A DNA stretch of 6,750 nt from Octopus sinensis (GCF_006345805.1 NW_021829159.1:1-6750); one strand, 5' to 3'. Numbered from the stretch's first letter, positions 1 to 6,750 are shown. The notes: generated by a model not told the origin, from the letters alone. Program-made: numbers and translations.

Positions 1-39
1 TGAGACTTGGAGCCAACTTGTACAAATGTAAAGCAAAAG

Positions 40-88
40 AATAATAATAATATAATAATAATAATAATATATAATAATAATAATAATA

Positions 89-149
<61 letters not shown>

Positions 150-183
150 GATGATGACGATGATGATGATGACGATGACGAGA

Positions 184-215
<32 letters not shown>

Positions 216-220
216 TGACT
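40..220. repeat. Compound trinucleotide microsatellite (AAT)n-(GAT)n-(GAC)n
   Basis: Read directly: AAT ~40-90, GAT 91-~180, GAC ~185-219. It explains the poly-N/poly-D ORF 7..222. Confidence 0.97.
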
Positions 221-239
221 GAGATGATATAATACACAC

Positions 240-530
240 ATCCTTAAACAATCCTTATTCAGGACCTTTTGAGCGGGATGGGCTACTCGACCTGGAGAAA
301 GTTCTAACTGGGCCCACCTGCAAGGGCATGAGCTGTTTTATCTTGATATGAGATCACAATGTCGCGCACATATGGTTATGATGCATATACCTGGTGTACC
401 ATGACGGGTAGTCATGATGGGAATACTGGGCTTCCGTATATTTTACCCCAGTGTCACTTTGATGGCATGCACTGCTCTCACTCAATAATAGTAATAACAA
501 CAACAAAAACAACAATATAATAATAATAAT
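240..530 (+). mobile_element. 3' end of an interspersed retroelement with (AAT/AAC)n tail, probably 5'-truncated
   Basis: Complex sequence ending ...GATGGCATGCACTGCTCTCACTC, followed by an (AAT/AAC)n tail at 484-530. Its last ~85 nt recur at 540-630. It resembles an abundant octopus repeat (recall); family not assigned. Confidence 0.6.
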
Positions 531-531
531 A

Positions 532-630
532 CCTTAACAGACGGGTAATGATGATGGGCATACTAGGCTTCGTATGTTAAAAACCCTGTCTCACTATGAT
601 GGCATGCACTACTTTCTCACTCAATAATAA
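532..630 (+). mobile_element. Second, shorter, diverged copy of the same element 3' end
   Basis: GACGGGTAATGATGATGGGCATACTAGGCTT...GATGGCATGCACTACTTTCTCACTCAATAATAA aligns with 403-490 (GACGGGTAGTCATGATGGGAATACTGGGCTT...GATGGCATGCACTGCTCTCACTCAATAATA). Confidence 0.8.
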
Positions 631-636
631 GCTATA

Positions 637-802
637 TTGCCCTTGGCCTTTCCCTTGGGTGACATTGGTGGGTGGCGAGGAGAGGCTGGTATGCATGGGG
701 GACTGGCGTTTCCACAAACAATTGCCTGGACTTGTGCCTTGAAGGATAACTTTCTAGGTGTAATCCCATGGTCATTCATGAGCAAAGGGGATTTTTACCC
801 TT
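637..802 (+). mobile_element. Probable interspersed repeat fragment (retroposon 3' end)
   Basis: GC-richer block ending in TTTACCC. I recognise it only from recall of octopus repeats; single copy here, strand tentative. Confidence 0.35.
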
Positions 803-807
803 GATAT

Positions 808-1354
808 AGTTAAGTTAAGATAATTTTTGGGCTCAAAAAGCAAAAAGCAAGGCCATGTAGGGGGGCATGGTGTTATGTACAGGGGGGGGGGGGTCATGCA
901 AAATGTTCAGGCCATTTCTGGTCAAGAGAGACTTTGAACCGAGCGGTCGTCGGCATCTTCACTATCTCGTCCGGCAGCTTATTCCACGGATACGCAACCC
1001 GGACTGAGAAAGCCCCTCTCCTTCGAATGAGATGAAATCGTCGCAGATAGAGCTTTTCGGAGTGACCCCGCAGCCGACGCTCTGGAGCAGGAGTGAAGAA
1101 CAGCTCTTTCAAGAGATTACACTTTCCGCTTATGATGTTGTGAGCGAGAATGAGATCACCACGGTGTCGTCGTTTTTCTAGAGAATAAAGGTCGAGCGTC
1201 TTCAGCCTTTCTTCATAAGACAACTTGCTTGAGACCAAGAACCATGCGGGTAGCCAGCTTATGGACTCTTTCGACATGATGTATGTCTTTGAGGAGATAA
1301 GGAGAAGAGGCTTGAATCCCGTACTCCAATATGGGTCTCACCAGCGTGACATAG
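808..1354 (-). mobile_element. 5'-truncated CR1-group non-LTR retrotransposon (ORF2 C-terminus, 3' UTR, (TTAAC)n tail)
   Basis: Peptides YVTLVRPILEY...KDIHHVERVHKLATRMVLGLK and LSYEERLKTLDLYSLEKRRHRGDLI...RGHSEKL...FSVRVAYPWNKLP match the typical CR1 ORF2 C-terminus. Stop at 894-896, short UTR, and AGTTAAGTTAAG (808-819), a (TTAAC)n tail on the - strand. The 5' boundary is approximate. Confidence 0.9.
894..1354 (-). pseudogene. Frameshifted CR1 ORF2 C-terminal fragment (downstream of the RT domain)
   Basis: Homology is split between ORFs 1213..1398 and 894..1277. A +1 shift lies near 1224 (GGT CTC AAG CAA G TTG TCT TAT GAA). No RT catalytic motif is present. Confidence 0.85.
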
Positions 1355-1380
1355 ATGAAGATATTGTGGAAATAGTTGCC

Positions 1381-1419
1381 ATGGAATTCATGAAACAATT
1401 GTCGACCCTTGAAGAAAAT
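1381..1419 (+). CDS. Candidate exon A of a hypothetical spliced gene (MEFMKQLSTLEEN)
   Basis: GCCATGG start context and donor-like GTAATA at 1420, followed by an AT-rich 121-nt intron-like stretch. The frame is also open upstream (DEDIVEIVA). No homology recognised. Confidence 0.2.
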
Positions 1420-1540
1420 GTAATATTATATACACCGATCTTTAATTTTTATTATTTATACCCTGCTACGGAAATGAAGTGTGAAGATTTTCTGTTTATA
1501 TGAAATAGCAATTTCTTTGGGGCTTATTTCGTTTTCGCAG

Positions 1541-1616
1541 TTTTCAGATAACCGCTATCGTAGGAGTGCTTCCTGGTGTAAATACCTGGCTTATATTATC
1601 CCAACTGAACTACTAT
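1541..1616 (+). CDS. Candidate exon B (FSDNRYRRSASWCKYLAYIIPTELL)
   Basis: Acceptor TTATTTCGTTTTCGCAG (alternative TTTTCAG ending 1547). Donor GTATGT at 1617, which is also the start of a microsatellite. Confidence 0.3.
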
Positions 1617-1920
1617 GTATGTATGTATGTATGTATGCATGTATGTATGTATGTATGTATGTATGTATGTATGTAGTGTATGGATGTGATGTATATGCAT
1701 GTATGTACATATGTATTTATGTATGTATACATGTATAGGTAAGTGTGTGTGTGTGGGTTGTATGTGTGATGCTATGTATGTAGTACTATTTATGTATGCA
1801 TGCATGACATGTTTACGTGCATGCACTTATGTAGGCATGTATGTGTATGCATGCTTGTACGTACGTATTTTATTTCTATGCATGTATATGTACGTGTCTG
1901 TATGTGTGTGTATTTATATG
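1615..1920. repeat. (ATGT)n microsatellite decaying into TG/TA low-complexity sequence
   Basis: Near-perfect ATGT run at 1615-1673, degenerate afterwards. Confidence 0.95.
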
Positions 1921-1934
1921 TCAGTAAGTGGAAT

Positions 1935-2270
1935 AGAAAGAAGAAGAAGAAGAAGAAGAAGAAGAAGAAGAAGAGAAGAAGAGAAGAAGAAGAAGAAGAA
2001 GAAGAAGAAGAAGAAGAAGAAGAAGAAGAAGAAGAAGAAGAAGAAGAGAAGAAGAAGAAGAAATAGAAGAAGAAGATAACGATGAGGAGATGACGGTGAT
2101 AATTATGAGGATGGTGATGACGATTACGATGACGATGACAACGACGGCGACGACGAAGACAACGACTAAAACGACGATACTAAAGTAACAAGAAAGAAAG
2201 GAAGGAAGGAAGGAAGGACGGGAGAAAGAAGGGAAGAAAAAAACAAAGAAAAAAGCAAAAAAGTTAAAGA
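1935..2270. repeat. (GAA)n tract, then degenerate (GAT/GAC)n and purine-rich (GGAA)/A-rich sequence
   Basis: GAA ~1939-2076 with a few interruptions; GAY ~2078-2180; GA-rich ~2190-2270. Confidence 0.96.
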
Positions 2271-2789
2271 AATTTCATTTGCTTTTTATTTTGGAGAAAA
2301 CTTAAATCGTGAGAATATTCTGGTGAAGAAGAGCGAAATACCTCAAAAGGTACAAAGGCTGGTAGTACTTCAGTGCCGGTTAGGGTTGACAAAAGTAACC
2401 TTTGACCTTCAGAACCAAGATTCACAACTTAGGCTTCGACTAGGGAGAGAGAGAGAGACATGAAGAAGTATCAATTTGGGGAAAGGTCAATTATTATTAG
2501 ACAGACAGTGTAATCTGGAGAAAGCCGGCATTCGGTGTTTACCAAGATATAGCAGCAGATATTGGCAACAAGGGCTGTTGTCAACGGTCAAAGTGTCAAG
2601 AAATCTGAGATCGTCTTAAAGTTCACATACTTATGCAAACATACAAACAGATACACTGAAGCATGCACGCATTTACACACGCCTATACACACACATGTTC
2701 ATGAATAAACATATCTGCGTGCTTGTTTGCGCGTGTGTGCAGAATCAATGTGTGTATATATACATCCGTGTATATATATATATATATAT

Positions 2790-2993
2790 AAAGTTAATCC
2801 AAACAAGAAAACACAAAAAAACACAGCAACGCGAGGACGTGGAACAAATAAAGTATTATTGGACGCTCAGGAAAGAAGGGAAGAAGGAGGGTTTAACGTT
2901 TCGAGCGGAGCTCTTCGTCGGAAACAAAGGAGTAGGAAAGATCCCGAGAAAGGAAGACAGAGGAAAAAAAATTGCTGGCGGTGCTCACGAGGT

Positions 2994-2995
<2 letters not shown>
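2790..2995 (-). mobile_element. Penelope-like terminal-repeat (pLTR) fragment between (TA)n and (CA)n(TA)n tracts
   Basis: Carries a minimal hammerhead motif. Shares GTGGAA, GTATTA and CGCTCAGGAAA blocks, in the same order, with 6349-6645. No coding remnant, so the Penelope call is inferred from the motif. Confidence 0.6.
2891..2925 (-). ncRNA. Minimal type I hammerhead ribozyme-like motif
   Basis: - strand reads GUUU-CCGACGA-A-GAGC(UCC)GCUC-GAAAC-GUU-AAAC: stem I GUUU/AAAC, stem II GAGC/GCUC, loopless ACGU stem III, core U4->C. Confidence 0.65.
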
Positions 2996-3033
<38 letters not shown>

Positions 3034-3258
3034 CTTTTACTTGTTTCAGTCAGTTGAATGCGGCCATGCTGGAGCACCGTCTTTAATCGAGCAACTCGAC
3101 CCCGGGACTTATTCTTTGTAAGCCCAGTACTTATTCTATCGGTCTTTTTGCCGAACAGCTAAGTAACGGGGAATAAACACACCAGCATCGGTTGTCAAGC
3201 AATGCTAGGGGGACAAACACAGACACACAAAACACACATACGAATATATATATATCTA

Positions 3259-3308
<50 letters not shown>

Positions 3309-3462
3309 TCTTTCAGTGTTCCGTCACCCAAATCCACTCACAAGGCTTTGGTCGGCCGAGGCGATAGTAGAAGACACTTGCCCAACGTGCCACGCAGTGT
3401 GGGACTGAACCCGGAACCATGTGGTTGGTAAACAAGCTATTACCACACAGCCACTCTGCGCC
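3034..3462 (-). mobile_element. tRNA-derived SINE with an internal (CA)/(TA)n tract
   Basis: A box TGGCTGTGTGG (3443-3453), B box GGTTCAGTCC (3402-3411), CORE-like TTGGGCAAGT. The 3034-3230 part is homologous to 5817-6020. Joining the two halves across the TA tract (~3245-3307) rests on recall of this octopus family. Confidence 0.8.
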
Positions 3463-3534
3463 TATATATATATCTTATATATATATATAATATAATATAT
3501 TATATATATACTATATATATATATATATATATTA

Positions 3535-3590
<56 letters not shown>

Positions 3591-3595
3591 TATAT
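3463..3595. repeat. (TA)n microsatellite
   Basis: Read directly. Confidence 0.97.
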
Positions 3596-3604
3596 GTAAA
3601 CATA

Positions 3605-3723
3605 TTTCTTTTCTATCTAGGCACAAGGCCCGAAATTTGTGGGGAATGGTGCCAGTCGATTAGATCGACCTCAGTATGCAACTGGTACTTAATTCATCAA
3701 CCCCGAAAGGATGAAAGGCAAAG
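3605..3723 (-). mobile_element. Headless SINE fragment with a Meta/MESC-like central domain
   Basis: - strand CTTTGCCTTTCATCCTTTCGGGGTTGATGAATTAAGTACCAG resembles the conserved MetaSINE-type domain (recall). No A/B boxes adjoin it. Confidence 0.65.
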
Positions 3724-3919
3724 CTGTTGAGCATTTCTTTGTTTCGGAAATTGAGGAATTTGGCGCCCAGGATATCAACAGTTTGTCAAATAGACAACAT
3801 TATGTTACCAACATCGAGAGCTAATATTATCTTGATTAAATATATCGATTAAGACCAAAAGAAGCATTTGTTTCTTTACTGACTTGAAATGCAGCAAAAC
3901 TGTTTTCCAACATAATATA

Positions 3920-4229
3920 CGATGGGGTACTGAAAAGTTCCTGGCTTTAAGGAGTTCCGAGTTCATTTACAGGACTTATAAAAACTGAAGGACCGCTGCA
4001 ATAAATGTGTGAATCTGAGAGGGAAAAAGTGTTGAATAAAATCATAACTGATTCTCCTGTTCTGTTGTGTCTGAGGAGAGTCATTTTCTTTTTGTGCTTT
4101 ATTATGTAACACACTCACCGGTAAAATTTCCAATCTTTTTCTTATTTTTATTGTCCGAATATTTTCGTTGCGTCTTGCAATCTTTTCAATAGTTTTATCC
4201 AAAACTAGGAGCTTTTCAGCAACACCTTG
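3920..4229 (+). mobile_element. Non-autonomous Tc1/mariner derivative (MITE)
   Basis: TA at 3918-3919 and 4230-4231. Imperfect TIRs: CGATGGGGTACTGAAAAGTTCCTGGCTTT versus reverse complement CAAGGTGTTGCTGAAAAGCTCCTAGTTTT (21/29 match). 3982-4039 encodes KLKDRCNKCVNLRG/VE* with a frameshift, like a mariner transposase C-terminus. Confidence 0.85.
4059..4193 (-). mobile_element. Probable nested repeat fragment inside the MITE
   Basis: About 135 nt separate the transposase stop region from the right TIR. The stretch holds a hammerhead-like hairpin and resembles a separate octopus repeat (recall). Boundaries approximate. Confidence 0.4.
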
Positions 4230-4231
4230 TA

Positions 4232-4553
4232 AAAAGGAGCACTCCGTCGGTTACGACGACAAGAGTCCCAGCTGATACGATCAACGGAACAGCTTGCTCG
4301 TGAAATTAACGTGCAAATGGCTGAGCATTCCACAGACACGTGTACCCTTAACGTAGTTCGCAAGGAGATTCAGCGTGACACGGAGTGTGACAAGGCTGGC
4401 CCTTTTTGAAATACAGGTACAACTCATTTTTTCCCAGCTGAGTAGACTGGAGCAACGTGAAATAAAGTGTCTTGCTCAAGGACACAACGCGTCGCCGGGA
4501 ATCGAACTCACAACCTTACGATCATGAGCCGAATGCCCTAACCACTAAGCCAC
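4232..4553 (-). mobile_element. Near full-length tRNA-derived CORE-like SINE with target-site duplication
   Basis: A box TGGCTTAGTGG (4542-4552), B box GAGTTCGATTCC (4498-4509), CORE-like GTGTCCTTGAGCAAGACACTT. Flanking direct repeat ACACCTTGTA at 4222-4231 and 4552-4561. Confidence 0.88.
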
Positions 4554-4576
4554 ACCTTGTATAATATATGTATGAA

Positions 4577-4631
4577 TGTGTATGTGTGTGTGTGTGAGTG
4601 TGTGTGTGAGTGTGTGTGTGTGTGTGTGTGT
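4577..4631. repeat. (TG)n microsatellite
   Basis: Read directly. Confidence 0.97.
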
Positions 4632-4852
4632 TTTGTCTTGCTTTGAAAGTAATTTTTGTCACACCCATGCGAGTAACCATTACTCAATTGCCACATCGAC
4701 CATCAAAGCAAAGATATATTGTTTTTATGTGCGTATTATTCAAGAGTTTATTATGAAAGTATACAATTAATTTCTTAAATTAATAATATAGTATTCGATT
4801 TCATCTGGACAGCATTATTTGCGAACATTTCTTGTTTACTTTTTCGTTCCAG

Positions 4853-4936
4853 ATTTTAGCGGGAAGATTGGTTATAAGATAGTTTGTAATCTTTGGCTTT
4901 CCTCTTCTGCGTCCTCGTTTTCGTCTTAAGTGGGAG
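4853..4936 (+). other. Candidate exon C (84 nt; stops in all three frames)
   Basis: Strong acceptor TTTCTTGTTTACTTTTTCGTTCCAG and donor GAG|GTAACT. The phase-1 frame reads FSGKIGYKIVCNLWLSSSASSFSS* (TAA at 4927-4929). Confidence 0.35.
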
Positions 4937-4971
4937 GTAACTGTATACATAACTGCGTACACATGCACGCA

Positions 4972-5419
4972 GACACACACACACACACACACACATACAT
5001 ACATACACACACACATACATACACACATACATACATACACGCATACATACATACATACATACATACATACATACATACATACATACATACACACATACAC
5101 GCACACAAGTACTCATGCATACATGTAACATACACACACAGACGTACACATACATACACACATACATGTACATACATACATGTACATACATATATCCCAT
5201 ATGTATATACATACATACACATACATACATACATTCACATACATATATACATACATACGTATGTACATGCATACACACATACATACATATATAAATACAT
5301 ACATTCATACATACATACATAAATACATGCGTACATACATAAATACATACATACAAACATAAATACACACATACATACAAACATAAATACACACATACAT
5401 ACAAACATACATACATACA

Positions 5420-5453
<34 letters not shown>

Positions 5454-5473
5454 CATACATACATACATACATA
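4972..5473. repeat. (CA)n/(ACAT)n compound microsatellite
   Basis: Read directly. It explains the ORFs in 4800-5575. Confidence 0.97.
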
Positions 5474-5577
5474 CCGTAAGAACACGGTTATCAGAAGAAA
5501 GTAAAACATTGTATTCTTCTTACGCAACTGAGATCTTTTAGTCATTGAAAAAAATATAGAATCTTGTTTCTGCACAG

Positions 5578-5738
5578 TCCCTCAGTACACCGAATACTAT
5601 GGACAAATTTACGTTACTCTTTCTACATCACAACGTATACCAAGAGTGTGGGTTCCTGACATACATACCGTGTCGATACGTTCTACAGGATCAAGGGATA
5701 AGTTCATGATCAAGGATTTTATGATTGGGGGTGAATAG
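5578..5738 (+). CDS. Candidate exon D (PQYTEYYGQIYVTLSTSQRIPRVWVPDIHTVSIRSTGSRDKFMIKDFMIGGE*)
   Basis: Acceptor TCTTGTTTCTGCACAG. The phase-1 frame is open for 52 codons of non-repetitive peptide. It ends either at donor GTGAAT (5731) or at TAG 5736-5738, with AATAAA at 5762-5767. Confidence 0.4.
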
Positions 5739-5816
5739 GTGGTTTCAGGCCTTTCTATTCAAATAAAGTAGAATAGGCCATGAAGATCCTTACATATGTT
5801 ATTTATCTTTCATTTT

Positions 5817-6020
5817 TTTTGTGTTTCAGCCATTGGACTGCGGCCATGCTGGAACACCGCCTTGAAGGGTTTAGTCGAACAAATGGCCCCCACCACTACA
5901 GTTATTATGTCTGGTAATTATTTTATCGATCACTTTTGTCGGATTGCTAAGTTAGGTAAACAAATCGATACCGGTTATTGTATTGTGGTAGAGGACGGAC
6001 ACAAACACAAAACACACACA
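5817..6020 (-). mobile_element. Diverged 3' half of the SINE family seen at 3034-3462
   Basis: TGTTTCAGCCATTGGACTGCGGCCATGCTGGAACACCG...GCTAAGT...GGACACAAACACA aligns with TGTTTCAGTCAGTTGAATGCGGCCATGCTGGAGCACCG...GCTAAGT...GGACAAACACA at 3042-3221. No head is present in the window. Confidence 0.8.
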
Positions 6021-6118
6021 CACACATGCATGAAAGCACACATACATACGCACATGTACACTATGGAGTGTATGTATGTAGTATGTATGTTATGTATGTA
6101 TTTATGAATGTATGTATG

Positions 6119-6195
<77 letters not shown>

Positions 6196-6238
6196 CATAT
6201 ATATACAATATATATACAGATATATGTATAATATACAT

Positions 6239-6286
<48 letters not shown>

Positions 6287-6311
6287 TATATATATATATA
6301 TAATATATATA

Positions 6312-6343
<32 letters not shown>

Positions 6344-6348
6344 TTATA
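6013..6348. repeat. (CA)n, (ATGT)n and long (TA)n microsatellites
   Basis: Read directly. Confidence 0.96.
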
Positions 6349-6645
6349 ACGGAAGCTTTATGATAATAGACAAAAGACGAAGGCAGGTGGAAAACAAACA
6401 AACAATTGTATTAGTATGGCGCTCAGGAAATATAAATAAACAAGTCTTTGACGTTTCGAGCCTACGCTCTTCAACAGAAAGATACACAGAGAGAAAAAAA
6501 CACAGAAAGAAGGAGAGAAAAAAATCGTGCAGTAACTAACGAACCAACATGGCGATCTGATTTCGGCCAGAAGTCAAAGATCAAACATGAACGCGAGAGC
6601 GAAATTAGGGAGATAATAGGGTTGGGTGACCAGCTCAACATAATG
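6349..6645 (-). mobile_element. Second Penelope-like pLTR fragment (diverged relative of 2790-2995)
   Basis: Hammerhead motif and shared CGCTCAGGAAA (6420-6430 versus 2864-2874). Bounded by (TA)n and (TG)n. Confidence 0.6.
6445..6482 (-). ncRNA. Minimal type I hammerhead ribozyme-like motif
   Basis: - strand reads UCUUU-CUGUUGA-A-GAGC(GUAG)GCUC-GAAAC-GUC-AAAGA: 5-bp stem I, 4-bp stem II, ACGU palindromic stem III, GUC triplet, core A6->U. Confidence 0.7.
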
Positions 6646-6750
6646 GTGTGTGTGTGTGTGTGTGTGTTGTGTGTGTGTGTATGAGAGAGTATTAGTGCGT
6701 ATGAGAGGTCTGGACGTGTGTATGTATAGGTATATATATATATATATATA
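6646..6750. repeat. (TG)n and terminal (TA)n low-complexity sequence
   Basis: (TG)n at 6646-6680; (TA)n from ~6731 to the end. Confidence 0.9.

Noticed and set aside
7-222. Poly-N/poly-D ORF
   Set aside because: Translation of trinucleotide microsatellites.
860-893. G-runs as a functional G-quadruplex
   Set aside because: They lie in the LINE 3' UTR; homopolymer expansion is a sufficient explanation.
1596-2079. CMYV-, poly-R/K/E-rich ORFs
   Set aside because: Stop-free frames of (ATGT)n and (GAA)n.
2292-2463. Stop-free stretch GENLNRENILVKK...RERET*
   Set aside because: No clear start or acceptor, no recognisable motif, and it ends in a (GA)n run.
2695-3431. ORFs of 68-120 aa
   Set aside because: They run through (TA)n tracts and non-coding repeat sequence, with no protein-like character.
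3963-4202. 79-aa minus-strand ORF
   Set aside because: Antisense to the mariner remnant and crosses a probable insertion junction.
4480-4553. Possible tRNA gene (also 3390-3462)
   Set aside because: A/B boxes are present, but there is no convincing acceptor stem and the sequence continues into a SINE body.
4801-5575. 239-aa ORF and overlapping ORFs
   Set aside because: Almost entirely (ACAT)n-derived.
1-6750. CRISPR arrays or prokaryotic systems
   Set aside because: No repeat-spacer periodicity or operon-like genes; the sequence is eukaryotic repeat DNA.

Overview
Repeat-dense, AT-rich eukaryotic genomic DNA. The repeat families look like octopus/coleoid repeats to me; this is recognition from memory, not a database result. 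Most listed ORFs are microsatellite artefacts. The window holds: a 5'-truncated, frameshifted CR1-type LINE (-); two tRNA-headed SINEs and two headless SINE fragments (-); a mariner-derived MITE with a probable nested insert and a SINE inserted at its TIR end (10-bp target-site duplication); a tandemly repeated (AAT)-tailed element end; and many microsatellites. Most notable are (1) two diverged short elements, each carrying a minimal Penelope-type hammerhead-ribozyme motif with compensatory stem changes, plus a degenerate third candidate, and (2) four non-repetitive islands with + strand splice signals and compatible phases, which may be exons of an unrecognised gene or pseudogene.
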